Shown here: piece by piece, positions 40,846-52,734 of the stretch
How the letters are laid out: every line of letters starts with the position of its first letter
Position numbering within the stretch: the stretch's first letter is position 1
NCBI GenBank assembly: GCA_002269645.1
Contig: NIVC01001249.1
Location: 1 to 64,000 of the forward strand
Direction: 5' to 3'
DNA: 64,000 bases
Origin: Macrostomum lignano
Taxonomy: Eukaryota
Notes under the pieces: generated by a model
The model's input: the letters and a program-made list of their open reading frames with translations, nothing else
Databases searched by the model: none
What the model was told of the DNA's origin: nothing
Translations under genes and position numbers: made by a program

Positions 40846-42053
40846 TCTTTTTATTATTTAACGTTTTTGCCTTCCTTCTAATCTTTATCAGAAATTTTTT
40901 AATTTTTATACTTATTAATTAAGAAAAGAAGGATAGTTTTATTACATTTTTGGTTTGCAAATCTCTTTCAAAATTTAACACATTTCATATTAAAGCCCTT
41001 ATTTGTGACTGCCACTGTGAAAATTACCATTTAAACTAGATTCTAATACAAGAGTAATAATAGATAAGATTGAGAAAGCTATGAATAGTATTTTTGAATT
41101 TTTGAATAGCATTTATTTTATAAATGCTTTTTCATGAATTTTTTTATTCCTAACAATGAGCCGGGTTTAAAGCTAGTACATATCAACTATCCGATATGTA
41201 TCGAAAACAAACTTTAGCAAGCGAAAAATGCTTTGTAAAAAACGAAACCAATTAGAAGGCTTAAAAGGTTCTTCTATTATGAAGATTTACCGTTTAAGTT
41301 CATAGTATTTCCTATCTACCCTCCCCCTGCTGTCTCTTATGCTTTCGAATGTAGTTGACATCAAGAACTTATGACCCAAAACCCCAGCGGGTGATGTTGA
41401 AACTTGCATGATGAGGCTGATCGACAGTTGCTCCTTTCCCTTGGTTTCGCAGTCCACATTCACAGCACAGATAGTTTATGCAATATGCGCGTCACTAACA
41501 GCTTGGCCAAAACAGTCAAGAGACACGCCTCGTTAATAATAATTAGCTTTGTATGACGACCAAGACTGACACAGAGCTTGTTGAACAAGCATCGTAGCAT
41601 CGTACGTGTAGTTGCCATGCGGTTGGTAGGGCCGATGGATCGATTTGATTCGAAGAAATGGCGACAGCCGCCGCCCAGGGGATGTTGAAGACGTCAAGCT
41701 CGCAGCAGGGAAATTCGGGACTACGCACGAGACCCCGCGCGCAGTGTGCCATAAGCCGAACAAAGACTAGTATTCTGTTGTTTCGCCACAGGAGGCCCTC
41801 AGCAACTAATTTTTATTGTCTTGCGCCGTTCTGCCAGAGCCGTCCGCCTTCGGTTTATGGGCAAAGATCGCCAAATCCTGATGCCATCGCCTTGGTTGCC
41901 GGCACGAGAATGATTCGTTTTCCCCAGACTGGCTGCTATCAGCAAGACAAAATCAAGTCTTTGTTTTGGTTATCCCAAATCGATTTACAGAAGTGCTCGG
42001 GTGGCACCCAAAGGTCGAAGAAGAGCATCTTGAAGAAGAGCCCTAAGAAAGGC

Positions 42054-43185
42054 CCCAGTTCCCAGTTGGCGTCCCAGTTCCCAGTTGGCGCCTCAGTCCC
42101 AGTTGGCGCCCCAGTCTCAGTTGGCGCCCCAGTTCCCAGTTCCCAGTTGGCGCCCCAGTCCCAATTGGCGCCCCAGTTGGTGCCGCAGTCCCCAGTTGGC
42201 GCCCCAGTTCCCAGTTGGCGCCCCAGTTCCCAGTTGGCGCCCCAGTCCCAGTTGGCGCCCCAGTCCCAGTTGGCGCCCCAGTTCCCAGTTCCCAGTTGGC
42301 GCCCCAGTCCCAGTTGGCGCCCCAGTTGGTGCCGCAGTCCCCAGTTGGCGCCCCAGTTCCCAGTTGGCGCCCCAGTCCCCAGTTGGCGCCCCAGTTCCCA
42401 GCCCCAAGTTGGCGCCCCAGTTCCCAGTTCCCAGTTGGCGCCCCAGTCCCAGTTGGCGCCCCAGTTGGTGCCGCAGTCCCCAGTTGGCGCCGCAGTTCCC
42501 AGCCCCAAGTTGGCGCCCCAGTTCCCAGTCCCCAGTTGGCGCCCCAGTCCCCAGTTGGCGCCCCAGTCCCAGTTGGTGCCGCAGTCCCCAGTTGGCGCCC
42601 CAGTTCCCAGTTGGCGCCCCAGTTTCCAGTCCCCAGTTGGCGCCCCAGTTCCCAGTTGGCGCCCCAGTTCCCAGTTGGCGCCCCAGTTCCCAGTTCCCAG
42701 TTGGCGCCCCAGTTCCCAGTTGGCGCCCCAGTTCCCAGTTGGCGCCCCAGTTCCCAGTTGGCGCCCCAGTTCCCAGTTGGCGCCCCAGTTCCCAGTTGGC
42801 GCCCCAGTTCCCAGTTGGCGCCCCAGTTCCCAGTTGGCGCCCCAGTTCCCAGTTGGCGCCCCAGTTCCCAGTTGGCGCCCCAGTTCCCAGTTGGCGCCCC
42901 AGTTCCCAGTTGGCGCCCCAGTTCCCAGTTGGCGCCCCAGTTCGCAGTTCCCAGTTGGCGCTCCAGTTCGCAGTCCCTAGTTGGCGCCCTAGTCCCTAGT
43001 TGGCGCCCCAGTTCCCAGTTGGCGCCCCAGTTCCCAGTTCCCAGTTGGCGCCCCAGTTCCCAGTCCCTAGTTGGCGCCTCAGTCCCAGTTGGCGCCCCAG
43101 TTCCCAGTTGGCGCCCCAGTTCCCAGTTGGCGCCCCAGTTCCCAGTTGGCGCCCCAGTTCCCAGTTGGCGCCCCAGTTCGCAGTT
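42054..43185. repeat. 19-bp GC-rich minisatellite (GTTGGCGCCCCAGTTCCCA)
   Basis: Direct inspection. Confidence 0.95.
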
Positions 43186-43644
43186 CGAAGCAACAGCCTG
43201 TATCCGACACTGAATGTGCACAGGCCTTGTAATTACAGTTCCAGAGCCCAGTCGAAGGGACAGCAGACCAGCAGCACAGTAGATTCTCATAAATCACATT
43301 GCAAGTCTGGGTCCACCCCGAAAACCAAGGCGGAGAAAACTCCACCAGGAAATCGCGTGGACAAATCTTGGATACAGCTCGAGAGGTCTTTGTCCCAGTT
43401 TCCAGTCAAGAAGTGAAACTGCAGTTAAGTGTTTTTTTAGTGGACTGGGAATAAATATTGTGCGGCACAGGCATTGAGAGATGAACCGCAGGAGATAAGA
43501 CACCTTGGGTGGCTGCGCTGGTCATAAAATATGGAATACTTTTACTGCAGTTTTGTAGCAGCCATGGATCTCTGACATGGGACACATGGACTGGAAGGCT
43601 AAGCTATGGACTGGAAGGCTAAGCTATGGACTGGGCGCCAAAAT

Positions 43645-43872
43645 GAACGATGAGGCTCTAAAATGAGCGATCTCGGCGCCAAAATTAGCGATTGGGCGCT
43701 AAAATTAGCGATTATGCGCCAAAATGAGCGATCTCGGCGCCAAAATGAGCGATCTCGGCGCCAAAATGAGCGATCTCGGCGCCAAAATGAGCGATCTTGG
43801 CGCCAAAATGAGCGATCTCGGCGCCAAAATGAGCGATCTCGGCGCCAAAATGAGCGATCGGGCGCCAAAATT
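43645..43872. repeat. 21-bp minisatellite (GGCGCCAAAATGAGCGATCTC)
   Basis: Direct inspection. Confidence 0.93.
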
Positions 43873-44532
43873 AGCCATTTGAGCCTTCAATCCATCCAAA
43901 CCTCCAAGCCATGACATTCGAAAACGTCGAACTTCACTTAAAAAGTCGCCGTCGGCGGTCCTTGGAGCAGGTGAAATGCAAGAATTAATTGCTGCAGCGC
44001 AAGGGACCGATCTAAAAAGACGCTCTCGCGGGCGGCCCGTGTAAAAACAACAAATACGAGCGTGAGCCCCCATCGGCCCCATTAACTTGGATTCCCCAAT
44101 GCACAATAAATTAGGGAAAGTCAAGGGCTCAGTCTAAACAGCTCCTCCTATATAGCGATTGTATTTGCAAAACAATGACCGGAGCAACAGGTCTTTGTTC
44201 TGTTCTGAGCGGCGCCACACTTCAGATTTATTGCTGCAAAGGGTCCTACCGCAGCACGCGACGGGAGATCAGACGCATCTGGGAGGGGAAATTCTCCCCT
44301 CCCTGGGGGGGGGGATTCTGTCGGACTGAATTGCTTTATTGGGGCTCTCTTGGGAGAGAAAGACAGAAAATTCAAACAAAGATCTTGGGAGTTAAGGTTT
44401 TAGACTAAGGGCCCACCTGGGAGGCCGGCCCTTTAGAAGCTAAGTCAGTTTAGTGCGGTCCGCTCTGCCACGCAATATGACTACTGTTGGATATAACTGT
44501 AGACCAGAGGCTCCAAAACTAAGGGCGTATAT

Positions 44533-45150
44533 GTTTCTCTGGCGCCAAATACATGTACAGCGTTTCTCTTGTGCTAAATACAGCGTTTCTCTGGCGCCAA
44601 ATACAGCGTTTCTCTGGCGCCAAATACAGCGTTTCTCTTGTGCTAAATACAGTGTTTCTCTGGCGCCAAATACAGCGTTTCTCTGGCGCCAAATACAGTG
44701 TTTCTCTGGCGCCAAATACAGTGTTTCTCTGGCGCCAAATACAGCGTTTCTCTGGCGCCAAATACAGTGTTTCTCTGGCGCCAAATACAGTGTTTCTCTT
44801 GTGCTAAATACAGCGTTTCTCTGGCGCCAAATACAGTGTTTCTCTTGTGCTAAATACAGCGTTTCTCTGGCGCCAAATACAGTGTTTCTCTTGTGCTAAA
44901 TACAGCGTTTCTCTGGCGCCAAATACAGTGTTTCTCTTGTGCTAAATACAGTGTTTCTCTGGCGCCAAATACAGCGTTTCTCTTGTGCTAAATACAGTGT
45001 TTCTCTGGCGCCAAATACAGTGTTTCTCTGGCGCCAAATACAGTGTTTCTCTGGCGCCAAATACAGTGTTTCTCTGGCGCCAAATACAGCGTTTCTCTGG
45101 CGCCAAATACAGCGTTTCTCTGGCGCCAAATACAGCGTTTCTCTGGCGCT
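44533..45150. repeat. 23-bp minisatellite (TTTCTCTGGCGCCAAATACAGCG)
   Basis: Direct inspection. Confidence 0.95.
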
Positions 45151-46377
45151 AAATGCCTCTCTATGTTTCTTCATGTCCTGCCTGTTGGCCCCTCAGCCTC
45201 GTTGAATCGCCCACAGCTGCAGCAACCGAGGGTGGCTGGCACACTCGAAATGGTCGCTGCAACCTTGACCAGACTGCTGATCCAGATTCCAGCAACAACT
45301 GCTTCACTAATATCGAGCCGACAGGCCCCATTACAATACAACACGACTCGGTGCCGGGCTCGTGGCTGCAGCGTTGGGTTCATTCCAGGTCACCCTTGCA
45401 GGCAGCACTTCAATGATTTAAAGAGAAAAAAAATGAGGGAGATTTTGCTGGCAAGCGGCCAAGTTTTATTTTAAAATGTATACCTTGTACTTGTAATATA
45501 TAAAAAAGAGTTTTTTTCGCATTATATTACTATTAGTAGATGCAAAGAGTATGCATTTAGTAAAATATTATAAACTAGTAGAAAACTATAAAGGAAAAAT
45601 AAAAATAACAAATCCACGCAATAATATGTATTGAAATTTTACTTTAAGTATCTACATAGTATGAGACAGATATTACATGATTAATTGACAATGCATGACA
45701 AAAGTTTTGAAAAGTTTTGCTAACTTTTAAAAATAAGTACATGCAGGATAGAAAGTTCCTCGATTTCAAAATGTCATCAAAAGAACAATATCCTCACCTT
45801 CTGGAATACAGAATTGCAAAAACGGTGCGGTGAAAATGGATTTACCATAGACAAACTTAGCTCAGAAGACTTTATTTTAGATTACGTGCGAGCGTAGTTT
45901 AGTTTAGACTGAACATTGTCGGCTGATTTTCCATGCAAGAATGGCATTCTTGCACTCTTTTGCGTGCAGGAATGGATGTCTATGGTAAAATCTCACTGAA
46001 AAAGCGTTAGGCGCAGAAATGCATTCCTGCACGGTTTTGTGCATTCCTGCACGATGAATCATCCGACAATGATATTCCTTCACGTTCCTTCAGTTTCGAA
46101 GTTACATGTAGATTGCTTTTCGGTACATCCACAATCTAGCATTAGCAGTCTAAACATTTTAAACGTTTTGTAGCATTCTAAAGGTGTAGAAACTGAGGCG
46201 CCTGCCAAGTAGTATAAGTGGAGTTTTTCGTTATTTCTTGCTCAGAGAACAGACAGCCGGCCCACGCGAGTCAGAGGCTGGCATCCTCCGCCCTGCGGCC
46301 CAGCAGCGGCCTGGAGCAGCGCGACCAGCCCACCAGTCGGGACGCCTCGATAAAACGGCTGTCGTGGCGTCGTTGCG

Positions 46378-47079
46378 CTAGCAGCGTCGAAGAAAACGTA
46401 GCGGTGAGGCTGGTGCCGCCTCTGCGGTTGGCGGTGGCAGCTCCAGGGGAAGCGGCAGAGGCTGACGGCCGAGCAGCTGCAGCACCTGCCGACGGAAGTT
46501 GGCGCTGATCGCGTAGAACACGAAGAAGCTGCAGGCGCTGTCAACGGTTACCAGCAGGTAGCTGACGGGCACCATCCAGTCTGGGAAGGAGCGGTGCAGC
46601 CCGAAGGTGATGAAGGTCGCGCCTGGCAAGTCGAAGACGATAAAAATGGTGGCCAGCACCAGTACAATGCGGGTGACGACGAGGCCGGACCTTCTGGCGG
46701 CAGCGGCTGGGGCGACGGAGGCGGCGACTTCGCCAGGCTGGTTGCCCCTGGCAACGGCCAGCTGAGCGGCGGTGACGCCGGATGCCAGCAGGATCAGCAG
46801 CACGGGCAGGTAAGTCTGAGGCGTCCTCGTCAGCGGCAGCATCACGTCCACCAGGAACCGCTCGCTGCCGCCGGCCGCCAGACGCCACGCGGCGAAGGTG
46901 CCGGGCCCGGCGGCGGCCGCGACCAGCAGCAGGACGCCGAAGCCGCACAGCTGGAAGCGGCGCGTCAGCCAGCGGCGGAAGCCGATGGGCTTGAAGGTGG
47001 CCAGACAGCGGAACACGCTGATGCAGGCCGTCCACATGTTCTTCACGGCCACGCTGAACGACACTCAGCAGTAGCTCAC
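46378..47079 (-). pseudogene. Rhodopsin-like 7TM receptor copy A, exon 2 (TM3-TM7), premature stop
   Basis: Acceptor aaaccag|GTG. Codon 5 is TGA (47067-47065) where paralog B has TGG; hydrophobic helices and a FYAISANFRRQV helix-8 motif. Confidence 0.8.
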
Positions 47080-47896
47080 CTGGTTTTGTAGAGTTTTGGG
47101 TGCGAGAAACGAGTTTTTAAAAATCTAGAGTTTTAAGTGTGGAGTTTTCCTTAGACCTGCTCGACTTATATATGTCCAATATAGTAATAGGCTCGTCATG
47201 ATGATACTTCTGAAAGTACTAGCAGGCATAGTAGTCGTAGGTATAGGCCTTCAGCAACTCCACTACTCTAATGAGTTTGGCAGACATTTTGAGCAGCGTA
47301 CAAGACGAAGATGCTCAGAATTTACCGAACAATGCAACTTGTCACCAAGTTGGTTCTGCCAAATATCCCGAGAGCCAACATCCGGGATGCGACTCTCCAG
47401 GAGTTGCTGCTCTCTAGTCGGAATCAATTAAACAATCCAGCTGAGCCGATGCGAGCTTACCCTACGCCTGTAAGAGACTCATCCGGATCAAATGATGCGC
47501 TCATGACAAGATGATCTTTTCAGGGTATTAGTTATCAAACTGGAGAATAAATTTGCACATTATAACCTCGGGTAAATTTCAAACTAAATCGGCATCCATT
47601 GCGGAGAATTTGAATTTCTAATTATTTCGGTGCAAGATTTCAAATCTCTCTTGGTTTCTAGGAAAGCTCTCAGGGACGATTATTCAGGTCGGTTCTTTTA
47701 CGTCGTTGCCGAATAAATGCTGCCATGTCTTTTCGTGGCATCCTCGAGGTTCTGCAAAATTTGACCCAGGCCAATTTTCGTCTGCAAGCCTCAAAGGAAT
47801 CGAATTAGGGGTCGTGGCGGATGAGTCAGACGCGTTTGCTGCAGAAAGGACCCGCAGATTATGCAATTAATTGATAAAGCCATCGAGCCAGCTCAT

Positions 47897-48211
47897 ATCG
47901 AACAACGTGTTGGCTAGTGACGCCTCTAGAGTGTGCTCCGTCATGAGCAGCGCCAGGTCGAACGGCATATAGCCGCAGGTGGCCAGGCAGTAGTTGACGT
48001 GGGCCAGCTGCATCAGGATGAGGCCGACGTCGAACACATCGCGGTTGCGCAGGTACTTGCGGACCAGCAGCGTCAGCGGCAGGCAGCTGAGCATCAGGCC
48101 GGCGGCGGCCGCGGGAATGGTGACGGCCCGCACTGCGATGTACAGCCTGCTGTATCCGGGACCTGTGGCGTTGCTGGCCTCGGGGCCATGGGTGCTGAAG
48201 GAGCCTGACAT
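47897..48211 (-). pseudogene. Rhodopsin-like 7TM receptor copy A, exon 1 (N-terminus with NAT sequon, TM1-TM2), splice donor lost
   Basis: ATG at 48211. GAT|atgagc where paralog B has GAT|gtgagc, so read-through hits TAA at 47869-47867. Confidence 0.78.
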
Positions 48212-49439
48212 TCTCTGCACTCTCTCGTCTTAATCTTTGCAGGTCCCGATGTAGGACGCATATTTATCAGATCCGACTCAAACCGATTCTGCTCACGCGC
48301 AAGAGCCGCTGTGTCAGCCGACCGTCCAAATCTGCAAATCGTTCCAAATCGTCCAAGTCATTGGCCCAAATCTGCGGGTTTTTTTCCATTGTCGGAAATT
48401 TACCGACGCGCTGGTGAAGAGCGAAATTGTGCACAGAGCGAGGACGAATCGGCTTACCGGGCCGCTCTTAGCCTCCACCAACCATGACCAGCCAGATTTT
48501 CCGTAGCCTAAGCATCGGAGCCGGTTGAGACCGGCTCGAACCGGATCTGGAGGCCGGCCATTCGCCTCCCCCCCTGAGAGATTAGTTGCTAAGACACATC
48601 TGAATCTGAATCTGAGGGATGAGAGACAGCTATGCTCAACAAACTCACCGATCTTAGTAGTCAACCCCATGAAGTCGCCAAACTCAGAAAGTCACTCTCA
48701 CTGTCCAATTCAAGTTCCTATGTGACTGTAATAAGCGAGTCACTTTCATATAGTCACTACTACTATCACTCTTACTGTCACTCTTAGTCCTCACTCACAC
48801 CTGTCACTCTTTTATAGTTATCCTCAATTTCTCACCCATAGAGTAAGCCATTCCTGCAGTATCTCTCGTCACCTTACTGTCACTCTCAGATAGTTACCCT
48901 ATACTGTCACTCTCATATACATGTAGTCACCCTATATTCACTCTCATATAGTCACCCTACTGTCACTCTCAGATAGTAGGGTGAAGTAGGAAAAGTGACG
49001 CAAGGTAGAAAAAACAAATATTGCAGCCGCTAAAACATCGAACTGCGAAAAAAAACAAAAAACCGAAGAAGCACGAAAATCAACCAACGGTGAATAAACT
49101 GCAAACTTACAAAAAACGCAAAACAATCACCGACAAAAGAGAAAAAACAAAGAAAACACAGACCACATAAACGAGAACAAACCGACACGAAAAAAACAAA
49201 AATGAAAGCGACTGTAAGGATAAACACCACCAACTACGGAAAAAAACAACCAACGTGCCGCAACCAAAACCGACCACCGAACAACAACGACTGAGAACCA
49301 CCAACCAACCGACTGACCGACCACCGACCGTCACACAGCCACCGACATCGAACGACAACCGACTGAACGCCACCAGCAAAACGACCAAAAGAACACAGGA
49401 AAACCGACTAGACGCAGCCGACTAGACACCAGCGGCACG

Positions 49440-51670
49440 TCAGACTTCCAGAGGTACCAGCAACTTCACTGGCCGTCGAAGATGCGTAGCAGCTCGACCA
49501 CTTTGAGAACTGGCCACCCGCAGTAGGCATGAGCAGGCGACTCCATCGCGACCCTGGTGCACAGCTTCGACAACCGCAAGCTTCCATGGAAGTCTTGCTA
49601 ATCCGGCATCCATCACTAACACTACGTCACCAACTCGTATTTCCCGATTCGATGTTCGACCGTCTTTGGATGATCGCTCACGGAGGGCCAGAATGTACTG
49701 TGCTTGCCACTCCTTCCAGAACTTGTTCAGCAAATGTCTGGACTTTCGGAGCCTTTCGGGAAGCGGCAGGACCATTGAAACTTCCGCTTCGTCCTCTGGT
49801 TCTTTTGTCAGGCGGTGCAGAACGAGGAAATGGCCAGGTGTGATGACTTCTGATTGCTCGCCGGAAGACACAAAACCAAGCGGTCTTGAGTTTACAACCG
49901 CTTTCGCCTCACAGATTACTGTCGACAGCTCCTCGACGGTCAGGAATGCCCTTCCGATTGTCTTCTTGAGCACTGATTTCACTACGCCGACCAGTCTCTC
50001 GTAGAAGCCTCCCATCCATGGAGCTCGCTCGGGAATGAATGTCCAAGTGACTCGGCGGCTGCTCAAAAAATATTGACCTGTTTGAGTCCGTAATGGAGCT
50101 TCTTCTGCATCCAGTAGCCTGGCCGCCGCATGGAAGGTTTTGAAGTTGTCAGAGATAATTGACGGTACACCTCGGCGGACACAGGAGCGTCTCAGGCTCA
50201 GAAGGAATGACTGCGTTGTCAAGTCAGTGACGAGTTCGAGATGCACTGCTGGTGTGCTAGTACAGGTCAACAATAGAATGTAGGCTTTATGTTGGCCGTC
50301 ATCCTCCCCCCTGCGGTAGATGAGGGGGCCGCAGTAATCGAGGCCAACATGCTGGAAGGCTCTGCCCGGTGACGCACGGGACGTAGGTAACTGCGCTTTT
50401 TGGGAGATCTTATACGACAGGCCTTGAAGACGTATGCACGTGTTGCATGCTTTCTGTCGTCCCTTCAAGAGCCAGAATTTCTCGCGAATTCAGAGTAACG
50501 TTGCTGCCACACCACCATGACCAACCTTGTGGTGCGCCTCTCAGATCAACAGCCGCTGGAAATCGACGTCTGTCGGACAGAGAACCGGCGATTTTTGGTG
50601 GGTCGAGAGCTTGGCTCACCGAGTCGACCTGCACTGCGAAGGACTCCCCCTTGACTTGACTTAGCTGCAGGGGGCGTCCGGCGGATGCAGCGAGGAGGCG
50701 GAGGAGACCGCCCATTTCGTTAGCCCCTGGCAGGACTCCCCTTGATCTATAAATAGCCACAGATTACAATTGAGCAGCGTGCGGGCTGTGCCCTCCTTGA
50801 GACATCGTATGTCCAAACTGAAATCTCGTGCCTGCAGTGACTTGATCCAGCAGTCCTCCGCTTGTAACAACTCCGTAGCCGTCAACTCGCCGATGCTTTC
50901 TCGCCTCTTCTGTTTGATTGTCTTGATAAAGCGAAACACCCAAGCAGTGACGCGCAACAGTTTCGTCAGGGTGCTGAACCGTTGCAGCTCAATTATGGAG
51001 TGGACTCTGTAGCTGAACATCGGGTGTCCTCGCGTGAGTTATCGAACAGCTGGGCTCGTCTTCTCTAGATATGGAATGCTGATCGCACATCGCAGGTTGT
51101 TCTGGCCAGTGCAGGTCCAGTTCAGACAGCCACGTTGGACCTCGAAACCAGGAGGACGTTGCTGTGAACATCCTAGGGATTACTGGTCGCGTAGCAATGT
51201 CTGCTGGATTGTCCTTTCCTGGACAGTACCGCCATGATTCCGGGGCGACTATCGAACGAATTTTGATTGCACGGTTTTGAATGAACGGTTTCCACAGCTT
51301 GTGCTTCGATTTGAGCCACCAAAGGACGTCCATGCTGTCGCTCCAACAGACGATCGGGAAGTCCGGATATTCTGCGCGAATCTCACTGATCTCACTGCAA
51401 CTCTGCTGAAAGAGTAGCTTCGGTCGTGTCAGCAATGGACACAGAAGACCCAGAGCGTTGAAGGTTTTGGAGAATGCCGACAACGTTGCCCGTTTAGTCA
51501 AATTTTCTCTTGCAAGATTGGCTGCCGGGTGGTCGCTAATCGAAAGAATGAAGGCATCCTTCTGCGGAGCCCACTGCATACCTGAGACTTTAACCGACGA
51601 CTCGTCAGGCGCCGTCACCCCACAACCTTCCTCACGAGCTACAGTGTTCAGGGCTGAATAAATATGAACT
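49440..51670 (-). mobile_element. Degenerate BEL/Pao LTR retrotransposon pol remnant (partial RNase H/Peptidase_A17 region, HHCC integrase, DDE core, DUF5641-like C-terminus)
   Basis: WSDSMDVLWWL...WRYCPGKDNPADIATR, RFSTLTKLLRVTAWVFRF, HKVGHGG..*IREKFW..CNTC, GLDYCGP/SDN/GGFYERLV, FWKEWQAQYILALRER. Stops, frameshifts and internal deletions; gag/protease/RT core absent. A possible 3' LTR starts at TGT 49428 (minus), end unresolved. Confidence 0.93.
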
Positions 51671-51684
51671 TTTTCCGCCACAAG

Positions 51685-52285
51685 TAGATATAAGTATGAG
51701 TAGATATGAGTAGATACGAAGAGATGTGAGTAGTTGTAAGTAGATGTGAGTAGACATGAGTAGATAAGAGTAAATATGAGTAGATACGAGTAGATGTGAG
51801 TAGTTTTGAGTAGATGTGAGCAGATGTGAGCAGATGTGAGTAGATATGAGTAGATGTGAGTAGATATGAGCAGATATGAGTAGATGTGAGCAGATGTGAG
51901 CAGATGTGAGTAGATGTGAGTAGATATGAGAGATATGAGTAGATATGAGTAGATATGAGTAGATATAGTAGATATGAGTAGATATATGTATATATGAGTA
52001 GATGTGAGTAGTTGTAAGTAGATGTGAGTAGACATGAGTAGATAAGAGTAAATATGAGTAGATACGAGTAGATGTGAGTAGTTTTGAGTAGATGTGAGCA
52101 GATGTGAGCAGATGTGAGTAGATATGAGTAGATGTGAGTAGATATGAGCAGATATGAGTAGATGTGAGCAGATGTGAGCAGATGTGAGTAGATGTGAGTA
52201 GATATGAGCAGATTTGAGTAGATATGAGTAGATATGAGCAGATGTGAGTAGATGTGAGTAGATATGAGTAGATGTGAGTAAATGT
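51685..52285. repeat. 10-bp minisatellite (GAGTAGATRT) at the 5' break of the BEL element
   Basis: Direct inspection; includes a ~295-bp higher-order duplication. Confidence 0.93.
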
Positions 52286-52734
52286 GAATAGATTTTCTCA
52301 TTATCTGGTCCGAAAGTTGGTGATTCTAAAGTAGCAAGTATTAGTGTGTCATTTGACCTCAAACTGGATGTTATAAAAATCTAATCAACCACAGTAGATG
52401 GGGCGCACAGTTGCCAGGTGCCGAATGGGAGGCTCCTCATGTTCCGATGTCAGATAGAAAGAAAAGTGTGACAGGTGTGCCCCGCAGGTTTCTTTTATAA
52501 AAAGCATTGAGAAGATAGAAGGTTCTGTACCGCGTGACCGGTAAATATGAGCCGAGCCACCTTTGAAAATTTAATGTTATTATTTACACAGAACGAGTTT
52601 CTACGGATTAACCAGTTTGAGTATCAGTTGCGCTTCGGTTTGCGAATGTTCCGGAACAAAAAAATAAGTATTTCACTCTGCTGTACTACTTATAACTGTA
52701 AGTAGTCGGCATTGTGTTGGCGCACTCGAGTAAG

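Noticed and set aside
48970-49428. Putative BEL 3' LTR
   Set aside because: A TGT start is plausible but there is no second LTR, clear end or TSD in the window to confirm it.
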